DNA of 64,000 nt from Saccostrea cucullata (taxonomy: Eukaryota): assembly GCF_032062105.1 (NCBI RefSeq), contig NW_026940631.1, positions 558,001 to 622,000 on the forward strand, in the 5' to 3' direction. Each line of letters begins with the position of its first letter. The stretch's first letter is position 1. The notes under the pieces were generated by a model. It was given only the letters and a program-made list of their open reading frames with translations, made no database searches and had not been told where the DNA came from. A program made the translations under genes and the position numbers. Positions 13,800 to 27,289 of the stretch are shown in pieces.

Positions 13800-14440
13800 T
13801 ATACCCTGGTCACTCATCTGGGGAATGTAGGTTTGATCTAGCATCCGAAGGTATTGTTCACATTATATTCGTCATCCATATAGGTTTGGTCCAGGTGGCA
13901 CTTATAGTTTCTTGGTAATATATATCTGCTCCAAGAACTTTACACAGGTCACTTATCTGGGAAATGTAGGTCAGATCCAGTATTTGAAACAAGTTTGCTA
14001 GTGTCCATCCCCAGCCGCATCAGCCATGTAAGTTTGGTCCAGGTAGAGCCTATAATAACTATAAAAAAGACCTGCTCTAAAAGCTCATCTGGGAAATGTA
14101 GGTCAGATCCAACATCCGAAGTAAGTCTAGTAGTGTCCATCCCTATAATGCATCATTCAAGTAAGTTGGTCAAGGTATGAGATATAGTTACTTGGGAGTA
14201 GACCTGGCTAAAAAATTTTAACCTGGTCACTCATCTGGGAAATGAAGGTCAGATCCAACATCCGAATCAAGTCTCGAAGTGTTTATCCCTGTTTGCATCA
14301 TCCAAGTTTGGTCTAAGTAGTGTTTATAGATTCTTGGTAATAGACATGCTCCTAAAACTTGAACCGGGATGTCGACGCTAAGGCTGATGCCGGGGGTATA
14401 GCATATATGTTCATCTCGACTCGTCGAAGTGATCTAAACA
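13800..14440. repeat. About four tandem units of about 140 bp within a HINE-like element
   Basis: Repeated ggtcactcatctgggaaatgtaggtcagatccaacatccgaa..gtttggtccaggt and a terminal imperfect hairpin. Confidence 0.65.
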
Positions 14441-14879
14441 GATTACGTCAATATTACGATTGAGTTTATTGCAAATACAGAATACTATTTGGGGCCGTTT
14501 TCGTATTTACTTCTTCAGTGATATCACCTATTTGAATAGCTGAAATCACATTTTTAATTGGTGATAATATTGCCTTGTCGTATTGGTGATAGCTTTCGTG
14601 AGACAAACTCTTTATATATTTTCATTCGTGCTCTGCTCTCTTGAAAAATAAAATCATTGAATATTCTCTATTTATTGTTAAGCTCAATGGAATAGAGCAG
14701 TGAAGCAAAAATTTAAAATGCTAGCAATAATTGCTGATCCCAAGGAAATCCGTATGTCAGCTCAAAGGGAAGTATTGCCTATTCAAAATAGTTATCCTAT
14801 ATATAATCGCTGCATTTAAAATATTGAAGGAAACTTTACGGTGCAGCATATAAATATAAAAGATCTCGACAGAAAAATA

Positions 14880-17800
14880 ATGGCTAGACATTGTATTGAC
14901 AATAACATAAAGAAGTTCAGAGATTTTACCTTTCTTCTTTTATTTAGTAAGATGCTTCAAGGTAAGATTAACCATAAATTATGTTCCTATCATTTTGGTT
15001 TTTTTAACTGCATCATCCTCAGGAAATTTAACTAGACTATGTCATTAAAGCATGAATCGGTTAGAAAGAATAAATCTCAAAACTGCAATAGGGTGTGCAG
15101 ACAAATTGGGTAGCGTCCATTAGCGGATTACGAAATATATTTACATTCCACATGTATATAACATGCATATATAGTCTGTGGAAAGCTACACATTCAAAAC
15201 ACCATGACACGGATAGAAATAAAGCAATCGTTTTATTTTGAAGGCACAACCGTTCAAAGGCGTGGTGGTACAACGTCATGAGCGAAAATTAAACCTCATC
15301 ACATTAAACAGAAGCTGATGAGATGGATCTTCCATTAAATGTAATTAAAAAGGAGGATAATACAGCGATTTTGGATATGAATATGCAAACAAAATTTTCA
15401 TAGCGCATTACTCAATTTGTTCGCACACACCGGTGCAGTTATGAGGTTATGTCTTTAAAAAAAATAACGAATCAATGCTTAATTGTTTGCATTTATCGTT
15501 GAAGTTATGAGATTTTATTTTTCCAAAAATAATCATCCAATGCTTATATTTTTATTTTTAAACTCTTTTCCTTGACTGCAACGTGATGACTTTAACTTTT
15601 CTATCGTCAACTGTCCTTACTTATGCGCAATATACCTTCATCACCTGCATATGGGGTTTATATATCTCATTTGAATCGATACGCATAAGTACGAAAGCCC
15701 AGAAGGCTCATTCGAGACATCGAAATGAACGAAATTTTCGAAAACGAGGATCCAAATTAACCAATCAAAAGACAGGTTCAATTTTGATTACTCCCCTTTA
15801 TTATGTTTTACTATCAAGAAATCGTTGAATATATTTATATAAAATGGGTCATTTGCTTAAATGATAATGCAAGAAAAAAAGATACATGTATTAAAACGAA
15901 ATAAAAAGGAATTTTAGGTTACATTTTAGAAAATATATATAAATTCTTATTTTTCCTCATTAAACAAAACAATAGATACGTATATAGATATATTATATGG
16001 TCTTATCGTTGAATTGCGCAATTCTTAAGTCGACATTTTTTTTCTAATAAGAACATTGATGAGGGAGATATTATTTACATGAAATAGTAATGAGGGTACA
16101 TTTTTTGCCCCCCCCCCCCAATAATTTTGCCGATATATAAACTACTATAGAAATCATAACTACTATATGCTTGCGCCCCCTCAATTTTGTGCCCCCTCTA
16201 TAAAAAACATCTGATGACTTTTTTTGCTTTGATTTTGGTTGTCAAGAAATTTTTGGTAGTAGAAAACTGAACATGTATGGCTGTGCATGAAATGAGCATA
16301 GTGGTTTTACTAGTATATTTGAGTCTTTGACCAAGTCGGGCGAGACCCGAGTGGTTTCCTTTTAAGTAATTATCGTATCGTAATTATCGCATTATTGTAT
16401 CTATGCATCGCAAGATTGACAATGAATGTTGATAACCACACATTTGCCCCCCCCCCCCCCACTTGGCCATTCCCGTAATATTTTTCCGATATAATATACT
16501 ATATAGAAAACAGTAACTTTATTTTTATGTCCATTCAAAAATAACTTCCAAATACCATGATAACCCCTATTTTTCGAGGTTTGATAGGGGGATTAACAAT
16601 GATTTTTTTTTTCAAATTTATTATTTCCAAGGGTCATTATCTTTATTAAGCATGCATGTTTCAGCCATCCGTATTTAAGGGGCTGTTTATTGGTTTCATA
16701 AACTTGGTCACTGGCCACTTTCTAATACCGTGTCACAAACACTGTCCACCTTGAAACCCGTAGTACTAATTATTACAGAGACGAAGCATCGATTTTGAAA
16801 GTGGGATAAGGGGGGGGGTACAAAAATATTATTTCAAACCTGAAAATAAAAACTGACAGAAAAAAATTGTCCAAACCCGAAAATCCTATTTCGGGGCGTG
16901 GAAGGGGGCGGGGAGGGGGGGGGGGGGAAAGAACTTCATTTAGTACCTAATTTCTTTTAATACACCACTACTTAAACTTCTTTGAATATACTGCACCACT
17001 GTAGCAAAACGTAGGGGGAGGGGGGGGGCTTGGCAACCTACCTTTCGATGAACATTTTCAATGGTAAAAAAAAATTATGTTTTTACTGTTAATCTATTTT
17101 AAGGTTACTATCATGTCAACAACCCTGTATATCCAAAGTAGATAACACGAAATATATATATTCTTTAAATAAATCTCTTATGACATTTAAGAAGCTATTA
17201 TAAATTAATTAAGCATATCTTGCAGACCAAAATCTGATATTTCTTTAAATTTCGTTTTGATAATATATAACACTTTTTCTTGCGTTGTAATTTAATCAAA
17301 TGACCTCCTCGGTATTAAAATATCAACGATTTCTTAGTAAAAAATAATAAAGGGGAGTAATTGAATCTCAAACCGCCTTTTGATTGGTTATTTTAGATCT
17401 TGAATCTCGAAACTCGAATTTTGAATCTCGAATTTCGAATCTCGTATTTCGAATCTCGAATCTCGTATTTCGAATCTCGAATCTCGAATGAGCCTTCTGG
17501 GCTTTCGTACATAAGCATACTCTACATATGAACAATTTCTAAAACGAGGTAAATTAGTGACAAACAAATTGTTGAAACAAGAATAATAATTCGTAAGTTC
17601 TACGGTCGATACAATGACCTTGTCAGCAAATACAATACTAGTATCTCATTAAGTCAAATGTTGACTGACGTTTTTCCTACTAATTGTTAGTCCATTATTT
17701 TTTCCCATTATTTAAACACTGAATTGACGACGGATTTTTCCGTTATTTCCCGATCATGACAAGGAGCACACAGCGGGTGTGACCGATCGGCAGGGGATGC

Positions 17801-20490
17801 TCAATCCTCCATGGCACCTGATCCCATCTCCAATGTTTTGGAGGTCTGTGTTTGCTCTACTCCTATTTTGTATTGTTTTATGGACTTTAGATCTGAATAC
17901 TGTTCGTTATCTCCATATGTTTCATTCAAAATCCTGGCATTATCCCTCTGGTAAGCTACAATTAAAGGAAGTGTGCTATTTCAACAGAGTCTGTTCAATG
18001 AGAGCGTGAATTTTACATTTCGCTTTTCGCTTATAACGCTTTGAAAGTTTGTGACGTAATTTGGTATTTTGAATGCTGTAGATAGCTTGCTACATTTAAG
18101 CAAAATAGATATTATATGGAATGTACATGTAAAAAAATAGCATATCCCAAACTTAGGCGTTGTCCTCCAAATGTACTCTTCTTCTTATTCGAATATCAAA
18201 AAAAGAAAGCACAATGATTATACAATTTGAAAAAAAATAGTTGTTTTTTTGCCCAAAATGTTCTCAGTGTTAAAATCGAAATTCCCAAATCACTTACAGG
18301 AATTATTTCAATGTATAAATGGGTTACTGAAGGGTTCAAGGAAGATGGGGGTTTTTTGGTAAAAAAAAACAAAACGACGTTTTAAACCTCCTTTTGGTCC
18401 CTTGGTCCCTAGCTAATCTACAGGACATAACTAAGTGTATTCTGAAACTTGAATGGCCTACATGTACTGCAAGAAATGTATGAGAAATTTAAGGAAACAT
18501 TTTTGTTAAAAAAAAAGAAAAACATTGTTTTGTGACCTCAAGGTGAGTATTTAAAAACCCAATTCAATCATCATAATATGAACGGACAACTGCCGAAAGC
18601 GTAAGATCAATTCAGAAAACCAGTTAGGTTTCGTAGGGAAAAAACAACACTGTTTAAACATTTATTTTTACTCAGGCTTGTCATCATGTTTGAAAATGAA
18701 AATTTAAATCTCTATTTATTTTTCGAAAGTTATATTATAATCATTAAAAGATATTAAACAAAACAGAAAAGTATTAAATTGATTATAAAAATATTATATA
18801 TCTTTTTTTTTTTGCTAAACCTTATTTTTTTCCTTTGTAGTATTTGGATCGCTTCATAATCTCCCCTGCCGCAGGACCGTGGATATCTATGGGTATGATA
18901 TACAGTGTCAAACCAACCACTCTATTTACATTGTAAGTCACGTGATAGAAGATGGATTCCAGAAGCTATCGCCACTTGACAGATTATTTGGATGTGATGT
19001 TAAGAATGCATTGGTATGTGGACAACATTACCCCATTAACTCAACAATCTCTGAGGACTCGGCCATCTTCAAGCGCGCAGTCAGCACCTGCAATGGAAAG
19101 AACATGTGTACGTTGAAAAAGAAGTATTTTGAAGACAGTGAGAATTTCTTTCGAAACGATTGTCCATCTCTTAAGAGTTATCCAAATGCGATGGTTCGTC
19201 AAAGTATTGAATATGAATGCATACAAGGTACGTTTAAACAATTTGTTGACAATATTTTTCTTTTAAATAAATAAATGAAAGAAAATATTGCATATGATGC
19301 TTGCAACTGAAGTATGTTTGCATCTGGATTAAAAAAAATTATGATCAAATCTAAAATTGATTCTCTTCAGAAAACGAGAGATCTGTCATCGATATGTGTA
19401 AATATCTAAATGTAAGTCGCAACGGAAACGTTTATATGAAGGCCAAGGGTCCAAATAAGATTTGCAGGTGTGAAATACAGGGGGTTGTCTCCGGATTGGT
19501 AATTCTGAGTTCCTACAAGACAATCATCACGACAAACCAGCGGTTCCGAAATCCTCCCGAAAGTAAGTAATTTTCTGTATAATAAAGTAGCTTAACTGCA
19601 CATATTGCATATTGAATAAGTTGAATTGCTGAAACTTTTTTTAAAACAGAGAAAGAAGCTGATATAGTATACGGACGTCATTTGTCGATAAGAACTGACC
19701 GTCTCTCCATTACTGTGAACTTGACATCTCTGGAAAGTATGATTTTTCTGAAAGTATTAATTGAAGGTATGTTGAGTACACTAATTTTTTTAAAAAAATC
19801 TTATAAGTTATGGCAATAATAGATTTAAGATATTGAAAAGAAATCAAAAATTAATAATAACGGCTGAAGGTGAGTTCGTATATCACTAGCTTTTATAGTA
19901 CATATATTTAAGTTATTTAATTTTTTTAAAGTATTCAATTTTTTCTTTACTTTACCTTGATGCAGAAAAAGTCGTACCTCTCGTCAGAGCAGAATCCATG
20001 GTCTTTATAACTGAGGCTCCGACTATCGACACAACCAAAATAAGTATAGAGGGAAACTACACCAAGACTGGATTTCTTAAATCACTGCTCTCTACAACTG
20101 GGTCAGCTGATTTGTCACATAATGTCCAAGTCAGTACTGACTTTGGAACTGACCAAGGTACTCGATAAACGTGACAGAAATGCAAGGAAAAGGTCAAAAT
20201 TATGTTCAGTAAATTATAAAGTCTGTGATATGCTTTGATAAGATGGACATGAAAGAATTTTAAATTAATTCATATTTACTTGAATGTTTTATAGGGCATT
20301 TAGAAGTGTTTAGGACAATTTACACTCTGTCCCTTCGTATTTTTTCATATTCTAGATAATCATGGGTGGTTGGTTACAGGTATTATTTTAGTTTTTCTCG
20401 TTGTTACACCTCTTTTCATCTGGAAATTGAAACCTCGAAAAAACAAGTAAGTATTGTTTTATTTGTACTATGAAAAACATATACAATCTC

Positions 20491-20542
<52 letters not shown>

Positions 20543-20856
20543 GGAAAGCTTAATAATGAATTGAAAAATTTGATAACCTAAAGTAATTTTCCCCCTTTCA
20601 TTTTGAGGATTAAGTCCACAGAAACTTCCGATAATGGAAAGATAGGGAAAATTTGACATCAGTGGAGAGCAGAGGAAAGGAAAAGATTCACTTGCAAGCA
20701 TCAACTGAAAAGCCACAAGAAGTTGTGTACACAAGCCTCATTACACAGACTGATCGTGTTACAAGTTATGATGAACCCGTTCTCTTTACATTGCCACCAT
20801 ATAATAAGTATATTGAAGTTCTTCCAGATTTGAACTGGACCACAGAGAAAATTTAA
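14880..20856 (+). CDS. Receptor A: type-I membrane protein (SUEL-like domain, second Cys domain, stalk, TM, ITIM-like tail). Exons 14880-14961, 18841-19227, 19371-19562, 19650-19766, 19966-20157, 20356-20446, about 20646-20856
   Basis: Signal peptide ..FTFLLLFSKMLQ|VFG with a TATA near 14850. 8-Cys exon ending QSIEYECIQ. IDMC..CRC exon. 117-nt exon 4 as in the paralogs. TM WLVTGIILVFLVVTPLFIW. Tail motifs VVYTSL, YDEP and YIEV. The last acceptor is uncertain: the stronger AGs at 20607-20621 lead to early stops. Confidence 0.72.
15575..17925 (+). mobile_element. Penelope-like 3' fragment split by the TIR element
   Basis: RDDFNFSIVN..IPSSPAYGVYIS remnant on the left and its continuation from 17510, including the gtgaccgatcggcaggggatgctc..ggcacctgatccc motif. 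Confidence 0.7.
15690..17509. mobile_element. 1.8-kb non-autonomous DNA transposon with TIRs and a 6-bp TSD, inserted into a Penelope-like fragment
   Basis: TIR tacgaaagcccagaaggctcattcgaga / tctcgaatgagccttctgggctttcgta. CATAAG at 15684-15689 and 17510-17515. Subterminal (TTCGAATC)-like repeats. Confidence 0.82.
20487..20540. repeat. (CT)n microsatellite
   Basis: Seen directly in the last intron of receptor A. Confidence 0.95.
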
Positions 20857-22548
20857 AAGTGAAAATTAATCAAATTTCAGTTCAAATGATTTTTTTTTTT
20901 GAAATTGTGAAATAAATGAAATAATATTCTATATCGATGCGAGGTTGCATGTGTTCTACCTCATTAAAGAAATGACATGAATTCGAAAACCCGATATTTT
21001 GTGACGCACAAAATCCTTTTCGAATGGAAGAAAAAGACTCAGTTACTATATACATGTATATCATGTTGATTAAACTTTCGTGGGAACAAAAGATCATGCC
21101 CTAAATCAACGCGAGGAATAGGTATACATGTATTTATTATATCAAATTTAACATACTGTATTATTGGATGAACCATTTGGAATAGCTATATATATGTACT
21201 ACCGGGGAAAAAAAGAGTGCACAATGCTGAAAGACTTCGATTGCTTAATTGTTATTATTGGATTTAAAAAAAAAAAACCTGGTATTCACATAAAACATAA
21301 TAAAAATATCGTAAGCATACGTTTTGCTGGTAAAAACTGCAAATAGCTCTTTAAATTCATACTCCTTAGAGATACAAGTGATTGGGTCTTCTGTGTTACG
21401 TGTAGATGTCACCTAAAACTGCCTTATACTTTTGATCAGGGGAAAATCAAAATAAATGCTATAGTTTATTTTCTATCTATTTGCAAAAACAGTTATAAAA
21501 ATCATCTCTTTAAAATTATAATTATATTTTTCTACTCTATAATTTCTTTTTTTATTTAATTCTAATATATTATCATTTTAAAAAAATTGCATTAAAAGAT
21601 CTAAATAATTCATTTCTGTATGGAGAATATTGGTCAAGCTGTATTGACTGACTATTTCAAATTCAACTAACAAAAATTAAACCAATCAGTTAACTCCCCT
21701 TATTTATGTTGCAATATACCATTATCATTTGCATATGGAATTAATGTTTCCCACTTAATTTGATACACAATAGTACGTTCTACATACAAACACTTTCTAA
21801 AACAAGGCAAGCTATTTACAAATAAGTTGATGATACAGAAATATCAACCATCTTGATTTAGCTCAATATTTCACAAAATCTATGGTCGATAAAAACACAT
21901 AGTCTTCTTCATGATGGATTGTTTCGGAGGTCCGTGTTTGCTCTGCTCTTATTTTGTATTGTTTTATGGATTTTGAGATTGAATACTGTTTGTTATCTCC
22001 ATATCCTTTCAATGATATTTAAGCATCAGAATGATTGATTACGATTAGCAATTAACCCCTTTCACTATTTTTTAAAACTGTTTCTTAACAAAAAAGCGGT
22101 GAAATAAAGGCCACAAAAGGTATAAATGATCATTTAAAAAGTATTTTGCGTCATATAACATTTTCCCACATCACTTTATTATCTTAAATTGAGTGATGCT
22201 TTATGACAAAGTTCGTGGAATCGTTCAACATCTGATATAGAAATGATCTACAATTTCCTCTTTTCAACAAGTTTAAATTATTTGAAAGTCAAGTGATGTC
22301 AAAGTAAGGTGCAAATATCAAGGAGTTATTCGGCAATTGTAGAGAGAACAGCTGGTACTTGAACGCGATCTTTTATTTCGGATTTAGACTTAATTTCCAC
22401 GCGTGGTTGGAACCTTTGAAATCTTCAAAGCTGACAAATTTGTATAGAGGTCGCATGTATAGTACCCCCGAAGCTGTTTCTATTTTAAAAAAGTCATTAG
22501 ACTTATTTTAGAGGTATTGAAGGGCGTTACATGTATTAGTGACTGACG

Positions 22549-25500
22549 ATGCTGCACACTTTGGAATTTATCATACTGAACTTTCTTTTGAATTTCAAAG
22601 GTACAGTATCATGATTTTTCAGCACTGTTTCCAATTGATCACATTGGATGTGGATAACCCAGCAAGGTTTCTCTTTTTCACTGTCATCTATCTGTATCTG
22701 CTTTCTAAATATTTATCAAATCTCATTCTATTAATATGTTTAAAAAACAGCTATCAGATTTTACAAAGTAGAAATAAATTATTTATTATTGTTGTATTCT
22801 ATTAGATGCCACACTTCTACTCCGTTTCACAAGACCAAGAAAATTATACTTGGAAAAAAGTTTCAAGTTTGCTTTTCATTTTGATTTAAATTACTGAATG
22901 GGTCATTTTTCTGAATGCTTTTATTCATTTTTTCAAAATTCATTCAAGATGAACATATTGATAAATTTTTTGTCGTTTGATTTTTGTATTTAAAGCTGAT
23001 TGTACCACGCACAGCTCCCCTTGTTTGGAAACACAGTACTGGAAAAAGTACGAAGTTCGATGTTCCGAGAATGAGACGATATATATAAGACAGCACAATA
23101 TTGGAGAAAGCTGTCAGGAGGAAGTTTTGGGATATGATGAAAAGAAAGTAAACTCTTGTAGTTACTCCTTACCGCTCAGTAAAACAATCACAGATTACCA
23201 GACACCATTTACAAAGACTGTAAATAAGTGCAACGGCAAAAGGGAGTGTGTCCTGTTCACGGATTACTTTGAAAAAATTGAATCAGAGAATGGCGCTTTA
23301 TGCAGAAACCCGAATACGTCAATATTTCAGCGAATAGAATATGAATGCATACCAGGTATTCCTAAACGACAATTTCTCATAACAATGATAATGTATAGCA
23401 AAAACCTAAAAATTTATCCTCTAAACTATTTTAATTTTTTTTTACAGATGTCTACGTAGTAGATAACTGTGTAAGAGAAGTGGACGTGGATAATCAATCT
23501 GAACTTCACGATATATATCTACGCTTTTCTGTGATGAATAGAAATCATTCTTGTCTTTTGATTGGCGAGCTATCAGGAATAGAAATTTTACATACCTACA
23601 GTTCTGTTTTGCGCCTACTTTACCAAAACCATCCTGTTTATGGTGAGGCTTCTTCAATTACAAAAGGGCTGATTTCGACTTCTACAGCAAACTTCAACTT
23701 AATAAATAACAACTTGAGAGATAAAACATGAATACTAGATTCTATACAGATAAGTCAAACTGAAATTTTCTATATCCGGATTCTTAAGATTGTAAAATAA
23801 AAATAAAACACAAACACACAATCACCTGTACACAATTGCATCTCAAAATTTATATTTACGCAACACTAAAATTCATTGAAAACATTTAATTTTTTTTTGC
23901 TTTTACAGAACACTTAGAGTCCAGTATTGGTTTGTATGGGGTGCAAATTTCTATACAGACAATTGGTCTTGTTCTCGAAATGCAAGGATTTGATTATAGT
24001 AGCATTACATAGATAATATATAAAAACTAATTGGTAAGTTGTTTTAATAGTTTATTACAACAATCCTTACATGGAAAAACGATTTCAGTGATTTTATATT
24101 TACATGAACATTGTTGAAGTCACCTTTGAAAAAAAAATACTTTTTCGGATATATCTAGTGAGAAAAATTTCAACCCGGCAATTTTTCAATTAGTAGAATC
24201 CTAAGTCATGATATATCTTTTAAAAATTAAGGAATTAATTGAATATAATCCATTGTAATTTTTATATTAATATGCGTATTTACAGAATAAAGGAAAAAAG
24301 GGGGTTTTTTTTTTGTACACTTTGTTGTGGAAAAAACCGGGTTTTTCTTTCGAGTTATACATGTAAGCGATAAATTTAATTTTTCGAAGAACATTTGGAA
24401 AGCAACGTTTTTCAACAAAGGATTATTTATTGTGTGCCTAACAAAAATTATTTTTTTAACTTTTGAATTTTGATATCTTTAAAAAGAAAAAGACTTTGGG
24501 ATATAAATTGACAAAAGTTTAAATAATTTATGGACAATTATTTTTCAAGAAGAAAAACGAATATATTTTTTAGCGATTAGAATCGGACCAAGCGGCTTTA
24601 AATGAAGCTTATTCAGTTACTAGTATATAAGGGCTGATTTCTCCTCCTACACCAAACATCAGCTCGATACATAACAACCCAAGAGATAATACATGAATAC
24701 TATGAATCTGTACAGATAAGCCAAACTGAAATTCCCTGTATCCTGAATACTTAAGATGGCAAAATACAAAAGAGCACCATCACCTGTACACAATTGCATC
24801 TCGAAATTATCTGATCATATATAAATTGTTAACTTTAAGAGTTCTTTTTTTTTTTGCTTTTACAGAACACTTAGAGCCCAGGATTGGTGTATTTTTAACA
24901 ATACAATATGAAGTTATATTTCGAAATGCAAGGGTTTGATTATAGTAGCTACGTACTTGTAAAACTTCTTGGTGAGTTTTAACTATTCTGACTAAGAAAG
25001 TTCTGTCGAATGGTTTGAAATTTTATATATTCCTTTCAAAGTACATGACATTAATAATTTTTTAAATATTTTATTTATATGCTAGTGAGAAAAATTTCAA
25101 GCGGCACATTACATGTCGGACCTTTTCATGAAAAAACTGAAACTGCCAAAGGTTCAGGTAAAGGTAGAGAAGTCGATTCTAGTACCCTAATGCTAAATTT
25201 AAAAAAAAAATGCTATTTGCATTTTTAACACCTGGTTTCTCTGTCATTTTCTTTTCCAGAAAATTTGGAAATTAACGTTTTTCACTGGATTCTCACTGTA
25301 TTTGCTGCCATAATAATTCTACTGGTATTATTTTTGATCTTCCAACGGAGGTAAACTATGATAAATTAATTAGATATTCAGTCATCGAGCAAGTAAAGTG
25401 CTACTATTTTAGTAATCAGTTGAAGAAGAGAAATTAATTTGTTTTCCCTTATTTTACATTTCGTGGGGTCAACACAATTACAGAACATATATGGGTTTTG

Positions 25501-26130
25501 ATTTTGAGAATTGACAAGCATAATTGAAGAACTAGACATTTACATTGAAATGTTCTGATCATAAATGTTTACTTTTTTCCTTTGCGTCTTATACACCCAG
25601 TTGTTCTATTTTTAAAAGTGAATATGAAGTTACATTTCCTTTTTAACTTGTAACAAAACATATTCAGTTTTCTTGATACTTTTTTTTTTCATTTTTTGTG
25701 ACATTTGCATTATTAATCGTTTAAACTAGAAATATTTCTTTAAAAGTGGGTTTCAAAATTCTCTAAATACATGTAGTAATTTTTAAATTTTTATTTTACA
25801 TCAGTTATATGTTGTAGTTGATGAAAACAACAATTTGTATTTCATCAGCATCAATATTTTAAAAATATTATAATTTAAGTGTGACAAGAATTTTAAGACA
25901 CATACTTCCAGTTAATTATATAGTCCACATTGATCTTGAATTTTAGAACTGAGTTAAGTGATGAACTATCTTTTACTAAAAGTTTAATATGTAATGATCT
26001 TTTTAAAAAGATAACTTACAACATTGTTCTGCCTTTGAAAACTCCAACACAATTAATTATTAGAGAAATGCCAAAAATTGACATTTACATAGAAATTGCC
26101 AGTGGTATTACAAAATGTTGTTATCAATGA
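22549..26130 (+). pseudogene. Receptor B: divergent paralog with a duplicated exon 4, both copies disrupted. Exons 22549-22600, 22996-23355, 23448-23642, 23909-24033 and 24866-24971, 25086-25157, 25260-25350, 25947-26130
   Basis: 52-nt signal exon MLHTLEFIILNFLLNFK, homologous to C/D/E. SUEL-like exon (CNGKREC..QRIEYEC). TM WILTVFAAIIILLVLFLIF. Tail ITYNIV and YIEI, joined in phase 2. The exon-4 copies are 125 and 106 nt, each with an in-frame stop. Confidence 0.68.
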
Positions 26131-27289
26131 AATATATAGAGAAAAAACAAAATGTTCTTCACTTTTGGCACACAACTGTAGTTCTGTCATAATCCACGTG
26201 TGTGGTTCTTGCGACAAAGCATTTCTTTATGTATCAAAATATTTAACTTCTTGGTCTTGACCTTGGAGTCTGAGCAAATTTTGCAAGAATTTGCCTAGCT
26301 TTATCCTTGGTCATAAAGTTTGAACACATGGTGCTATGGAATTCATGCTTCACGTGTATATTCATTGTCATTAGACCTTACATTGATATAAATATCTTTA
26401 ACTTTTGTTATTGGTAAACTTTTAAAAATCTTAAACCTTGGATATAGCTTTTGAACAATGATTACTAGAACCTTCATACTTTACATATGTATTCCATGTG
26501 ACAGTGACCTTGACCTTGGATTTTGACCTACTTTACAAAATTTTTCCTTGACCATAACCTTTAAATAGTGCTAAGAGTTCATACAAAAGTACAAGTATAT
26601 TTATTAAGAACAATTCTTTTCTTTTGGGTAACAACATTAAATTAATTCCTTGACCTTGGAGTTTCATTTGCATTTCAAAACTTCACCTTTGCCAAAAGTT
26701 GTCATACGTAGACATCAGTGTTTCACAAACACATCTTTTTTTGATAAATGTAATGCAATATAAGTTAATTGTGTAACTCCCATCGCATCATGTCTTGTAT
26801 AAACATATTAGAACTGTAAATAATGTTTCGTAATGGATGAGTCCATAGAGATTTTTTTTCCCTGGAATCAATGGTTCTAAAAGAGAACTCACTTAGAATT
26901 TACAAAATAAGCATTGTCCTTAACTTTGAACTAATTGGAACAGGTGTAAAAAAAAATATCTATTTTCGCTTGCATATAGATTCAGGAAATAAAGTGAAGT
27001 TGCATATGATCATATAAATCAAAGTCTAAAATTTCATAGAAATCCTTACAAAGACTAATTAACGATCAATTAAGCGGGTCCCATTAAATTTTCTACCGAT
27101 CCTATTTTTACTCCTACTCATTCAGAAAGTGTTGGACTTTTAAATCCTCTTCACATGACAAGGAAGATACCGTAATTGTTATATATAAATAACGCATATA
27201 TTTATATTATATATTCAAAATACGTTTTCCATTTTTTAACATTAATGTGATTTGCATGCAATAATTTCATCAATTTGATAAATAAAAGG

